Shown: positions 1 to 9,290 of the stretch, piece after piece | Position numbering within the stretch: the stretch's first letter is position 1 | How the letters are laid out: every line of letters begins with the position of its first letter | Source: Candidatus Obscuribacterales bacterium | GTDB lineage: Bacteria > Cyanobacteriota > Vampirovibrionia > Obscuribacterales > Obscuribacteraceae | Reading direction: 5' to 3' | NCBI GenBank assembly: GCA_965228855.1 | Contig: CBDDIJ010000003.1 | Location: forward strand, 3,136,001-3,200,000 | Length of the DNA stretch: 64,000 bases | Made by a program: the position numbers and the translations under genes | Notes under the pieces: model-generated | Told to the model about the DNA's origin: nothing | The model's database searches: none | Seen by the model: only the letters and a program-made list of their open reading frames with translations

Positions 1-2
1 CT

Positions 3-710
3 ACTTTGTTCGGTTTCGCGAAAGATTTGAAAGAGAGCCAGATCGAAACGGCGATGCTTCCCGGAGAAGCTCGCATGATCAAGGGCGGCAGCTACTATGT
101 GCCTGATCCCGAAGGTGTGGCAATGGTACTGCAAAGACTGGCCGGCGCATCTCCGTCGGTTTCCGCCATTGCATCGGCAATGTCGTCTGAAAAAGATGTA
201 CTCGAGGCAAGCGAAGCAGAAGAGTACGAAAATTATGACCTCGCATCCGATGATGCTCAAGCCGGTCCAAGCAACGACACATTGCAAGCGGCCTGGGCAA
301 ATTCCTGCGCCGATGAGCGTCCTATGCGTTTTGTAATCCGCTATCCGATGGGTGCGGAGCAGGCCGCGAAAGACTTTGCCGAATCGCTCACAGAGGCAGG
401 CTACACTGTTATCTCGAGAGTGCGCTGCAAGGCTGCCGATTGCGCACACGAACAAATTGTTTTGAACAGCTTGCGAGCTGATGCGAAGCTCACCGCGGCG
501 CTGAAGTCAAGATTCCCTGAACTCGCAGAGTTTGCAGTGGTAGTCAATCCGTTGACAAAAACACGCATTGATGCGACCATTCAAATCTCACCAGATACGA
601 TACCATTGATGCCGCATGAAACGGCTGGTCAGTTTGACTACGACGGTTCAGACATTAACGGTGAAGTGAAAGCGAGCAGAGTTTCGCGCTCGAAAGACAT
701 CAGCGGTTAA
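3..710 (+). CDS. LytR-CpsA-Psr (LCP) family protein, C-terminal part with LytR_C-like domain (5' truncated by window edge)
   Basis: Frame is open from the window start. 'IETAMLPGEARMIKGGSYYVPD' resembles the end of an LCP domain, followed by a linker and a LytR_C-like alpha/beta domain. Confidence 0.6.
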   Translation, partial: TLFGFAKDLKESQIETAMLPGEARMIKGGSYYVPDPEGVAMVLQRLAGASPSVSAIASAMSSEKDVLEASEAEEYENYDLASDDAQAGPSNDTLQAAWANSCADERPMRFVIRYPMGAEQAAKDFAESLTEAGYTVISRVRCKAADCAHEQIVLNSLRADAKLTAALKSRFPELAEFAVVVNPLTKTRIDATIQISPDTIPLMPHETAGQFDYDGSDINGEVKASRVSRSKDISG

Positions 711-877
711 TCTGGGTGTTTGAGAAGTGCAAATTGCCGGACGATCCTTATCTCGGCAGGCGCACAAGGTATCCCGTTGCAACTTTGCCGCTCAGACTGT
801 GAATAGTCCGGCGCGACGAACGGTTTTGCAAGCCGCAGCAACACAGCGTTTCACACGTCCATCGGGAGCGCGTATAA

Positions 878-1531
878 GTGACTGTAGAAGAAATTATCAA
901 AATGTTCGATCTGAAGCCGCATCCGGAAGGTGGCTTTTATCGAGAGACGTACAAGTGCGAGGACTTCGTTCCGACCGAGCAACTGCCGAGTCGATACACT
1001 CTCGTCACCGGTCCGCCCACCGACAAAAATTTCACACGTGAAACTCTAGAGTGGCAGGTGCCGCCGGAGATGGACAAGCGCGCGCAAGAACAGGCTGGAG
1101 CATCGGCAAGGCAAAGCGCAGCAGCAGTAGAAGAAGCGCCGGTGAAACCAGAAATTGGTCGCATCTGGAGCACTTGCATCTATTACCTTTTGACGCCGGA
1201 TACATTTTCCGCGATGCACAAATTGAAAGGCGATGAGATCTACCACTTCTATCTTGGTGATGCAGTGGAGATGTTGAACCTCCACCCGAATGGACGTTCA
1301 AAAATAATCAAGCTCGGACATGATATCGCCAATGGTGCCACCGTTCAGCACCTGGTTCCACATGGCATCTGGCAAGGCTCACGCCTTGTAGATGGCGGCA
1401 AGTTCGCACTAATGGGAACCACAATGGCGCCTGGTTTCATAGCCAAGGATTGTGAATTCGGATCGCGCAAAAAGCTTTCTCAAGAATGGACGGAGTGCGC
1501 AGACTTGATCGCAAAACTCACACGCGAATGA
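878..1531 (+). CDS. Cupin_5 (DUF985) family protein with internal insertion
   Basis: Motifs 'LKPHPEGGFYRETY', 'STCIYYLL', 'HKLKGDEIYHFYLG', 'VPHGIWQGS', 'GTTMAPGF'. Confidence 0.9.
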   Translation: MTVEEIIKMFDLKPHPEGGFYRETYKCEDFVPTEQLPSRYTLVTGPPTDKNFTRETLEWQVPPEMDKRAQEQAGASARQSAAAVEEAPVKPEIGRIWSTCIYYLLTPDTFSAMHKLKGDEIYHFYLGDAVEMLNLHPNGRSKIIKLGHDIANGATVQHLVPHGIWQGSRLVDGGKFALMGTTMAPGFIAKDCEFGSRKKLSQEWTECADLIAKLTRE

Positions 1532-1553
1532 TGACGCGTAACCTGTACGTGAC

Positions 1554-2126
1554 ATGACTACAGAAGCCCAAGCGAGCAATTACAGAGCCGAAGAGTATCT
1601 TCGAGATGGGCGTCCCGTAACTATTCGCGCCATCCACGGTGAAGATAAACCGTTGTGGAAAGACATCTGGGAGCACATGAGCCCAACGTCTGTTTACTAT
1701 CGATTCTTCACGCCGAAAAAAGCAATCTCAGAACAAGAAGTCGCATATTTCACAGAACTCGACTTTATAACACACGTCGGTCTGATTGCTCTGGTGCATA
1801 ACCCATACATGCCAAACGAGGATCCCGCTGCCGCAGCGCGGTATCACGTATCAGACAAACAACAGGAAAGCGCCGAAATCGCATTCGGAGTAGAGGACAT
1901 TTATCACGGTCTCGGTTTAGGAACGCTTCTTCTCAAGCATCTTGCCATAATCGCGAGACAGTCAGGCATCAAAGAATTCAAAGCTTATGTTCTCGCTGAA
2001 AATTCAAAGATGTTGGAGGTATTCGAGAATTGCGGTTTGCCAATGTCTAAATCTCTGGCGGATTTCACAATGTGGGAAGTCACTCTTGATCTGAGTCAAC
2101 CGAGCGAATCCAAAAGCTCAACCTAG
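1554..2126 (+). CDS. GNAT family N-acetyltransferase (Pat-type stand-alone GNAT)
   Basis: 'LRDGRPVTIRAI', 'SVYYRFF', 'AEIAFGVEDIYHGLGLGTLLL' (acetyl-CoA motif A), 'VLAENSKMLEVF'. Confidence 0.88.
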   Translation: MTTEAQASNYRAEEYLRDGRPVTIRAIHGEDKPLWKDIWEHMSPTSVYYRFFTPKKAISEQEVAYFTELDFITHVGLIALVHNPYMPNEDPAAAARYHVSDKQQESAEIAFGVEDIYHGLGLGTLLLKHLAIIARQSGIKEFKAYVLAENSKMLEVFENCGLPMSKSLADFTMWEVTLDLSQPSESKSST

Positions 2127-2944
2127 GCAGAGTGCCTACTTGCAAACGGGTCGCGCCGCGCACGGAGCTTCGCTGCCAGCGCGTCTTCACGCGCCTGTAA
2201 TTCTTTTTGCCGTATCGTGAAATCATCTGCCGATTCACCGCTTCTTCCATTGTTTTTGTCTCCACTACCTGAGGAGTCCCGGCCACCACAGCCGCCAGGT
2301 CCTCAACCACCACCGGCGCTTCGCGCCATCGACATCTCGGGTCTGTCATGCACCACGTCCGAACGATGCTCCGCGCGTCGCTGCATTTCGCTTCGCAAAT
2401 CACCAGCCTCAGGCTTCGGAGCCTCAGACGTTTCGGATTTGTCACCATCGGCGGTGCCTGCCCCAGCATCACCGCGATTCATATCAACAGCATCTGCCTT
2501 ACAAGCTTTTGAATCGGATCTCGGAACACCGGCATCGGTATCACCGGCGTTGGTACCAGCCGCACTGGTCTCAGCAGCATTGGTCTCAGCAGTACTGGTA
2601 TCACCGAAACTGTTAACACCTCTGAGCGTGTCACCGGGCTTGGTATCACTGGAGCTGGTGTCAACGAGACTGGTATCACCAGTCCCATGAGCTCCAAGAC
2701 CACTGGTGGGCGAGCTACCATACAATTGATCGGTGCTCTGCAAACCTGCATTCAGGGACTCTTGCAGGTCATTCGAACTCTTCGAGGAATTGTCAGAGCT
2801 CGATGAAGAACCAGAGAGCGACGCAGCTTCGCGCATGTAACTCGAACCCAAGTCGCTGTATACACTCTGCATCGAGTTAACATCGCTTGTATTTGAAGGC
2901 GCGGCAACATTGTCCGACGCCTGTTCTGGCTGGAAGTTCGTCAT
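2123..2944 (-). CDS. Low-complexity hypothetical protein; 213 aa to TGA at 2303-2305, or 273 aa if the in-frame UGA is read through (candidate selenoprotein)
   Basis: ATG at 2944. The frame continues past TGA as GPGGCGGRDSSGSGDKNNGRSGESADDFTIRQKELQAREDALAAKLRARRDPFASRHSA to TAG at 2123-2125, which overlaps the convergent GNAT stop (CTAG). Confidence 0.6.
2270..2305 (-). promoter_or_regulatory. Candidate SECIS-like hairpin starting at the in-frame UGA
   Basis: mRNA UGAGGA-CCUGGC-GGCUGUGGUG-GCCGGG-AC-UCCUCA. UGAGGA pairs with UCCUCA, CCUGGC pairs with GCCGGG, and the apex is G/U-rich. Confidence 0.35.
2525..2690 (-). repeat. Coding 15-nt / pentapeptide repeat (xxGDT/xxAET)
   Basis: GTGDT SLVDT SSSDT KPGDT LRGVN SFGDT STAET NAAET SAAGT NAGDT; recurring 'tggtatcacc'-like DNA at 15-nt period. 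Confidence 0.7.
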
Positions 2945-3117
2945 ACTCTTCGGTTCAAATACTAAAGGGGCGTTTGGATATTATGATTTTGAACTGTGAC
3001 CTTTTGGTACCTAAAATTAGGAAATTAAGTGTCACCTACGAGGAGCAGTCTTTGTTGATGTAGCCACTTTCTTCCAATACTTGCGCCAGCTGCCGCAGAA
3101 CACCATCCACTGCGCGA

Positions 3118-4158
3118 TCAGCCTAAGCGGTCCGCAATTAAGAAGAGATTGGGATACCGGGCGTGATTGAGCTTGGTGAAAGGAGCGAAGTTCTTGCGGC
3201 CGGCATACCAGGCCACGAATTCGCGAATTCCATCAGCGAAGTCAGTTGACGGTGCATAGCCGAGAAGGTCTCTTGCTTTGTCAGTGGCGGCGAATGTGTT
3301 TGAAACATCGCCGGTTTGCATGGGCTTATAAACCAAACGCGCTTTCTTTTTCAGATTCAACTCGATCTCAGCAATCATGTCGAGGAGTCGAACAGGTTCG
3401 CTTCGCCCGAGGTTTATAACTTCGAAACCTGGCTTGTGGAGGGACATTGCGCGCTCGATTCCATCAACGATATCGAGAACGTAAGTGTAATCGCGGAGTG
3501 TGTTTCCGTCGCCGTAAACTTCAATAGGTCTTCCATCATCAATCAGTTTGCAGAACTTATGTATTGCAAGGTCCGGTCTTTGACGAGGTCCGTACACTGT
3601 GAAGAAGCGCAGGGCGACTACGTTTAAACCTGTTCCATTTCTAAAAGCATGGCAAACCATTTCGCCTGCAATTTTAGATGCAGCGTAAGGTGACAAGGGA
3701 CGATCGGTCGGGTCTGTTTCCGAAAAGCGCTCAGCGACCCGCTCTCCATAGACCGAGCTGGAAGAGCCAAAGATCATCAAGGTGTGATCGGCGGTAGGAA
3801 TGAGTTTGTCTAACAGTCGCTGCGTGCCGAGGATGTTCACATCCATATATGTAGCCGGCTCAGCAATCGAAGGACGAACACCTGCCATGGCTGCAAGATG
3901 AACGACTACGTCAAAAGGCGGTCCATCAAAGGTTTCTTGCAAATCGACGGGGCTGCGAATATCGCCTTCGATCAAACGGAAGTTCGGATACACGACAAAC
4001 GGCGCGACGTTTTCGCGTTTGATGCCGACATCGTAGAAATCATTGAAGTTATCGAGAACGGTTACATCATTGCCGTTTTTTAGCAGTCTTTCGACCAGGT
4101 GGCTGCCGATGAAACCGGCTCCTCCCGTAACTAAAACTCGTTTTCCAGTGACTCGCAT
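3118..4158 (-). CDS. NAD-dependent epimerase, probably UDP-glucuronate 4-epimerase
   Basis: 'VTGGAGFIGSH', 'HLAAMAGVRPS', 'SSSSVYG', 'SPYAASK', 'LRFFTVYGPRQRPDLAIHKF'. Confidence 0.88.
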   Translation of the reverse strand: MRVTGKRVLVTGGAGFIGSHLVERLLKNGNDVTVLDNFNDFYDVGIKRENVAPFVVYPNFRLIEGDIRSPVDLQETFDGPPFDVVVHLAAMAGVRPSIAEPATYMDVNILGTQRLLDKLIPTADHTLMIFGSSSSVYGERVAERFSETDPTDRPLSPYAASKIAGEMVCHAFRNGTGLNVVALRFFTVYGPRQRPDLAIHKFCKLIDDGRPIEVYGDGNTLRDYTYVLDIVDGIERAMSLHKPGFEVINLGRSEPVRLLDMIAEIELNLKKKARLVYKPMQTGDVSNTFAATDKARDLLGYAPSTDFADGIREFVAWYAGRKNFAPFTKLNHARYPNLFLIADRLG

Positions 4159-4228
4159 TTAGAATCCTTACTGACTCCGGTTCCCCTTCACCACTCGCGC
4201 CCTTACGTCGGCGAGTTTTATCCTCGAT

Positions 4229-5317
4229 TCACCTCGCCGACCCAGGCGCGACATTTAGTTTCTTATCGACAACGTAAATGCGCTTGTCCTGGGACTCGTG
4301 GTAAGTTCGCATCAAAATTTCAGCCAGCAAGCCCATCAATATAAATTGAATTCCGACGATGAGGAACATCGCCGTCAGCACCGGCAGTGGTGTCTCGATG
4401 AAAGTATGTGTGTGGAAAACAAATTTTAGTGCCAGCATCCAGACGAATGCCGCTGTCGACATGCCGAGCATCAAGAATCCGGCCGTGCCGAAAACATAAA
4501 TTGGTTTAGTGAAGTAAGTCGACATAAACTTCACGGTGATCAAATCGAGGACGACTTTAAAAGTTCTCGACAAACCATATTTCGATTGACCAAATTGACG
4601 GGCGTGGTGCGTCACCGGAATTTCGGCAACTTTCGCGCCGAGCCATGTGGCGTAAATTGGCACGAAGCGATGCATTTCGCCATACAGTCGAACGTCTTTG
4701 ATCACTTCACGGCGGTACGCTTTTAGCGAACAACCATAATCATGCAGCGGAACTTGACTGATCACAGAAATAATTTTGTTGGCCGTCCACGATGGAATGA
4801 GTCGTGTCCAGAGCTCATCCTGACGGTCTTTACGCCAGCCGCTCACCACGTCGAAACCTTCATCCATTTTCTCGAGAAGGCGAGTAATGTCGACAGGATC
4901 ATTTTGCAAATCTGCATCCATAGGAATGATGATTTTGCCGGTCGAGTGATCGATACCTGCCGACAGCGCGGCTGTTTGACCAAAATTGCGGACGAATTTA
5001 ACCACTTTGACGCGCGGGTCGCGAGCGGCCAATCCTGTGAGGTGAGTAAAGGAGGCATCACGCGATCCATCATCTATAAAGATGAGCTCGAAGCTCCTGC
5101 CGACCTTGTCCATCGCCATTAGCAATTTGTCATATAGCGGATGGATATTGTCCTCTTCGTTAAGAACCGGTATCACAACTGACAGCTCTGGTTGTTCGGC
5201 TTCGTTCGTCATAGGCTCAAAACTGATTGTCGCGTCGGTTCCGGCGCGAACCGTCGGGTTCGCGTCAGCGACGTTGTTTGCGGAAGTGGTTTCGACCTGA
5301 AAGGCATTATTCGACAT
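4229..5317 (-). CDS. GT2 polyprenyl-phosphate glycosyltransferase (ArnC/GtrB/RgtE-like)
   Basis: 'SVVIPVLNEE', 'DDGSRD', 'RNFGQTAA', 'MDADLQND', 'HDYGCSLKAY' and two C-terminal TM helices. Confidence 0.92.
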   Translation of the reverse strand: MSNNAFQVETTSANNVADANPTVRAGTDATISFEPMTNEAEQPELSVVIPVLNEEDNIHPLYDKLLMAMDKVGRSFELIFIDDGSRDASFTHLTGLAARDPRVKVVKFVRNFGQTAALSAGIDHSTGKIIIPMDADLQNDPVDITRLLEKMDEGFDVVSGWRKDRQDELWTRLIPSWTANKIISVISQVPLHDYGCSLKAYRREVIKDVRLYGEMHRFVPIYATWLGAKVAEIPVTHHARQFGQSKYGLSRTFKVVLDLITVKFMSTYFTKPIYVFGTAGFLMLGMSTAAFVWMLALKFVFHTHTFIETPLPVLTAMFLIVGIQFILMGLLAEILMRTYHESQDKRIYVVDKKLNVAPGSAR

Positions 5318-5494
5318 GCGCCCATTATTGCCTCCCGGGAGCTCAAAATCTTACACCTTGGGATCTTTTCATCCTGCTCTTGAGATTTGTTCATCCAGCT
5401 CAGAAGGCGATGCCGGATAATACATCGAGCGGCTGTCATGTCCGGGCTTTTCTAAACCGAGACTAATGTTAAGCAAACCTCAGACAGTCGTCGA

Positions 5495-7492
5495 ATGGTC
5501 GCCGGAGATCCCGGCAAAAAAGAGGTCACCTCATTGACGGTAGCTTTAAAGTCGGAAGGCGTGAAAACGCAATTGGAAAAACCGAACTCGAATAACAATC
5601 AAAACGCCCGCCAAGATTTGCTCGCTTGCGGTGCCCTGACTACGGTTTGCATCTTTCTATATTTCGTAGGCTTGGGCGATTTCCCATTCATCGACCCATC
5701 TGAAGCCTATTATGTTGAAGCTTGCCGCGAAATGCTTCAGCTCGGCGATTACATCACGCCTCACCTCAACTATCAAATCTATTTTTCAAAACCGATTCTA
5801 AACTTTTGGCTGATCGCGGCATCATATAAGATGTTCGGACTGTCGGAATTCTCTGCGCGCCTGCCGTTCGCGATTCTCTCGACGGCGCTTGTGCTCGCCA
5901 CTTATTGGTTCGGAAAACGGTTATTATCCCAACGCGCAGGCTTCATAGCCGGTATCATTTGTGCAACCTCGCCTCTGCTCTTACTGGTTTCACGCAAGTC
6001 GTCGATCGACATCGTCTTTACGTTTTTCTTGAACGTGGCCGTTTTCGCAACAGCGCTCACAATTGCAAAACGGTCAAAATGGGCGTGGTTAGCTATTTAC
6101 GGCGCTATAGGTTTAGGAGTACTAGCAAAAGGACCAGCGACTCTAATTCTTTTTGGTGCAGGAATGTTTGCGTTCCTCGTGGTGTCACGACCATCATTTG
6201 CGAATCTTAAAAACTGGATTTTGGCATTGAAACCGCTTGCAGGCATCGCGATCTTTCTAGCTGTGGTGCTTCCCTGGCATATAGCTGTTTCAATGGCGAC
6301 TGATGGTTTATTCCTGAAAGTGTTCTTCTGGTATGAAAACCTTGCTCGCTTTCAGGGACGCACAAATTTTGGAACGGTGCGCTACTGGTTCTACCTCAGT
6401 GTGCTTGGTTATGGCTTCTTCCCCTGGATCACGCTTCTCATTCCAGCGATGTGGAACGCGATTGTCGGCGATAAATCGCCGGTTTCAGACGCAACGAGTT
6501 CAGCATCAACAAACACTCAGGGAAGTAATGTTCTCACATCATTGCTGCAACTAGCGTCGAGCGTCAGAAGACGTGCTGCAGACGATGGTCAAGCCCGCGC
6601 ATTGATATTGATAGCATCATGGAGTTTGACGACCTTCGCCTTCTTCAGTATCTCGAAGACACAGCTTGCGACGTACATACTCCCGTTCATTGCTCCGGCA
6701 TCATTGCTGGTGGCAGCACTCGTCGATGATTGGATGGTAAAAGGCTATGACAATCTCAACAAGCCGGCGAAATTCTGGCTGGGCCTTACTGCCTGGGTTT
6801 TCGCAATTGCCGGCTTTGCAGCTCTGCCTGGATCGATATTCTTCGCCGTAAAATATACAGAAGCATCACCCGTGGTGCGGGCTCTGGTGGTCGCCATAGG
6901 AATCGTCTTTGCAATCGGCGGAGTAAAACAGTTGATGGTCCTTCGCCAGGGTCAGATGGAAAGGTCAGCTAAATGGCTTGCAGCCACAACCGCAGTGGCG
7001 CTAGCGATTGGCACGCCAATCACTTTTGACTTAGCAGTGAACAAAACTCAAGGCAACCTCAAAGCCATTTCGCTTGAAGCAGGAAAAAGCCCTGACAAAA
7101 TTGCGATGTACGGAAACTTCATGCCGTCATCAATGTATTACGCTCAGAAACCGGTCGATACATTCTTCCATGGTCACCAGCTTCTTCCGGTCAAGCCCGC
7201 TCCAGCAGGCAAAGAGAACGTGTATCCATACGTTCAACAAGCGATACTGGTCCGTGACTCGGAATTGGAAGCGCTCAAAGCGACGGCGCCATGCCCTCTG
7301 GTCAGCGTAAAGAAAATCGGAAACTGGGGCTGGTACAGAACGCCAGGATATGAACTGGAATCCGTAAAAACTCTGGAAGACACTTTCAAGGATCCAGTTG
7401 CGTTCAAAATCATCATCAATGGCGAATCCCAGACTGGACCGCTCACGGTGCCCTACGCAGCCGGAAAGCTATACGAGAACGTCAACAAATAG
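5495..7492 (+). CDS. ArnT-like GT-C (GT39/PMT_2) glycosyltransferase
   Basis: 'DPSEAYYVEACREM', 'YFSKPILNFW', 'EFSARLP', 'LAKGP', 'SKTQLATYILP'; multi-pass membrane protein. Confidence 0.88.
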   Translation: MVAGDPGKKEVTSLTVALKSEGVKTQLEKPNSNNNQNARQDLLACGALTTVCIFLYFVGLGDFPFIDPSEAYYVEACREMLQLGDYITPHLNYQIYFSKPILNFWLIAASYKMFGLSEFSARLPFAILSTALVLATYWFGKRLLSQRAGFIAGIICATSPLLLLVSRKSSIDIVFTFFLNVAVFATALTIAKRSKWAWLAIYGAIGLGVLAKGPATLILFGAGMFAFLVVSRPSFANLKNWILALKPLAGIAIFLAVVLPWHIAVSMATDGLFLKVFFWYENLARFQGRTNFGTVRYWFYLSVLGYGFFPWITLLIPAMWNAIVGDKSPVSDATSSASTNTQGSNVLTSLLQLASSVRRRAADDGQARALILIASWSLTTFAFFSISKTQLATYILPFIAPASLLVAALVDDWMVKGYDNLNKPAKFWLGLTAWVFAIAGFAALPGSIFFAVKYTEASPVVRALVVAIGIVFAIGGVKQLMVLRQGQMERSAKWLAATTAVALAIGTPITFDLAVNKTQGNLKAISLEAGKSPDKIAMYGNFMPSSMYYAQKPVDTFFHGHQLLPVKPAPAGKENVYPYVQQAILVRDSELEALKATAPCPLVSVKKIGNWGWYRTPGYELESVKTLEDTFKDPVAFKIIINGESQTGPLTVPYAAGKLYENVNK

Positions 7493-7498
7493 CATACG

Positions 7499-9208
7499 AT
7501 GGAAACAAGCTCCGCAAACGCGACACAGGTCAACAGACCGGATTCGAAGAAGAAAGCATTCGACGGCATCACAGCTGTGATTGTAGTCTTCATAATCGCA
7601 ATCGGACTCCGATTCAATGGAATCACATTCGACAGCATGTGGCTCGACGAAGCCTATCAAACCATGGTTGACGCCATCGGCGTCGCGCCTAATGAACTCG
7701 AGATTCTCCGACCCGAGCCGTTTATCTATTCCCTAGGAGCGCCGGGAAGTCCTCAGCAATTGCTGGCGAATTTCCGAAACGTCGACCCCCTGTGCCCACC
7801 GCTATATTTTTTGCTGCTAAACAGGTGGATGACCGTATTCGGCACAGATGATTTCGCGGTCAGAAGTCTATCCGCGTTCATTTCCATAGCATCACTGGCG
7901 GTGCTTTATTTTGGAACGAGAAAACTGCTCGGTCCGAAGGTGGCGTTCTTCACGCTGCTCATACACGCGTTTTCGCCCTTTGACATAACGTACGCGCAGG
8001 AAGCGCGCATGTACGGTTTGGTAACACTTACATCTGCGGCATCCGGTTTAAGTCTCTTCTTTCTGATCGACGCCCTGGGCAATAACGCGACAATTGCGCG
8101 CCGCATAGGTCTAACCCTGCTCTACAGCATATCGACGGCAGCGTTGATAAACACACACTATACCGGCTTGTATGTGGTTCTTTTCCAGGGACTGTTCGGC
8201 ACCGCCTACAGTATCAGCAAACGAAACTTCGGCATGTTGTTCCAACTTGGCATTGCCTGGGCATTGGTCTGTCTTTTCTGGCTGCCCTGGTTTGATCTCT
8301 TCCGGCAGTCCGCAGGAAAACGAGGCAATTTCTATGTTACGCGCGACTCCGGGATTTTCTGGTCACTAAAGGGCGCGTTCAAAATCGTGTTGAACTGGAT
8401 CAACTTTATGAGCGGCGGGCGAATTGTCGCTTACGCAGCGCCGTTGTATGGAACGAGTGCCGTGCTCTTAGCCACGGCCGCATTTATCAGTTTCCCAAGC
8501 AAAGTTAGAAACGCAATCGTCGCCAAACTGCCATTACGCAGAGGTTCAAACACCGATCAGTTGGAAACGGAAACAGTCTCAACCACAGAGGTTGAAACCG
8601 ATGGCATACAAACGAAAGACCGCTCAAGCGCCATGATCTTTGTCTGGTGCTGGGCTCTGGTTCCCGCGCTCATCGCGTTAGCAAGTGACATCGCTGAATC
8701 GAGAAAAACCATCGAAGTGACGCGTTACCTTATGGGAACGGCACCTGCAGTTTTCATTCTGGCGGGCTGTGGGGCGCGCTATCTTGTCGAGAATGGTGGC
8801 AAACTCAAATGGTTTGTCGCTGCGCATATTCTCTTCACGCTCGTCAATTACACTTACGCGCATGCTGTTCCACAACGCGAGCCTTGGAAGCAGATGGCAG
8901 TCAAAATTGAAGAAAAGGTGCCGCCGACAGAGGTTCTATTCGTTAGTCCGCATTACAATCTGATTTGCATCGACCGGTATCTGAAGACGCCTAGAATGCA
9001 AGTCGGTACCGGGCCGCTACTCGGCAACCAGCAAGTCTACGCGATACTAAAAGGTCGCTACAGTTTCTGGTTGCTTACAGCTCAGCAAGGCTCGACCGTC
9101 ACAGCGTTCATACCACCGGAATTCCAACTGGTCGAGAGTCTGAAAATGAGTCACGGACTGGAACTCACTCACTACCAGGCACCCAAACCTGCCGCCGATC
9201 AAAAATAA
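7499..9208 (+). CDS. GT-C fold (GT39-like) glycosyltransferase
   Basis: 'SMWLDEAY', 'PPLYFLLL', 'VRSLSA', 'YAQEARMYGL', 'THY'; starts 6 nt after the previous gene. Confidence 0.85.
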   Translation: METSSANATQVNRPDSKKKAFDGITAVIVVFIIAIGLRFNGITFDSMWLDEAYQTMVDAIGVAPNELEILRPEPFIYSLGAPGSPQQLLANFRNVDPLCPPLYFLLLNRWMTVFGTDDFAVRSLSAFISIASLAVLYFGTRKLLGPKVAFFTLLIHAFSPFDITYAQEARMYGLVTLTSAASGLSLFFLIDALGNNATIARRIGLTLLYSISTAALINTHYTGLYVVLFQGLFGTAYSISKRNFGMLFQLGIAWALVCLFWLPWFDLFRQSAGKRGNFYVTRDSGIFWSLKGAFKIVLNWINFMSGGRIVAYAAPLYGTSAVLLATAAFISFPSKVRNAIVAKLPLRRGSNTDQLETETVSTTEVETDGIQTKDRSSAMIFVWCWALVPALIALASDIAESRKTIEVTRYLMGTAPAVFILAGCGARYLVENGGKLKWFVAAHILFTLVNYTYAHAVPQREPWKQMAVKIEEKVPPTEVLFVSPHYNLICIDRYLKTPRMQVGTGPLLGNQQVYAILKGRYSFWLLTAQQGSTVTAFIPPEFQLVESLKMSHGLELTHYQAPKPAADQK

Positions 9209-9290
9209 AACGATCCTTTCAAAACGACAAAACCGTTCCCCTTTCGTCTATTTATAGAGTACGGGTAGTCAGAAAGCGGTTGAAACGGTC

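Noticed and set aside
2303..2305. Genome-wide UGA reassignment (code 4 or 25) as the explanation for the in-frame TGA
   Set aside because: Conserved genes here (cupin, SDR, rpiA) end in TGA at their normal lengths, so UGA is a stop codon in this genome.
2217..2690. 157-aa plus-strand ORF, and the 2080..2472 minus-strand ORF as a frameshift continuation
   Set aside because: The first is the antisense shadow of the repeat tract. The second runs into the GNAT gene and is less protein-like than the in-frame readthrough.
3036..3110. Possible 24-aa minus-strand peptide (VDGVLRQLAQVLEESGYINKDCSS) after the epimerase
   Set aside because: No convincing SD sequence and too short to support without conservation data.
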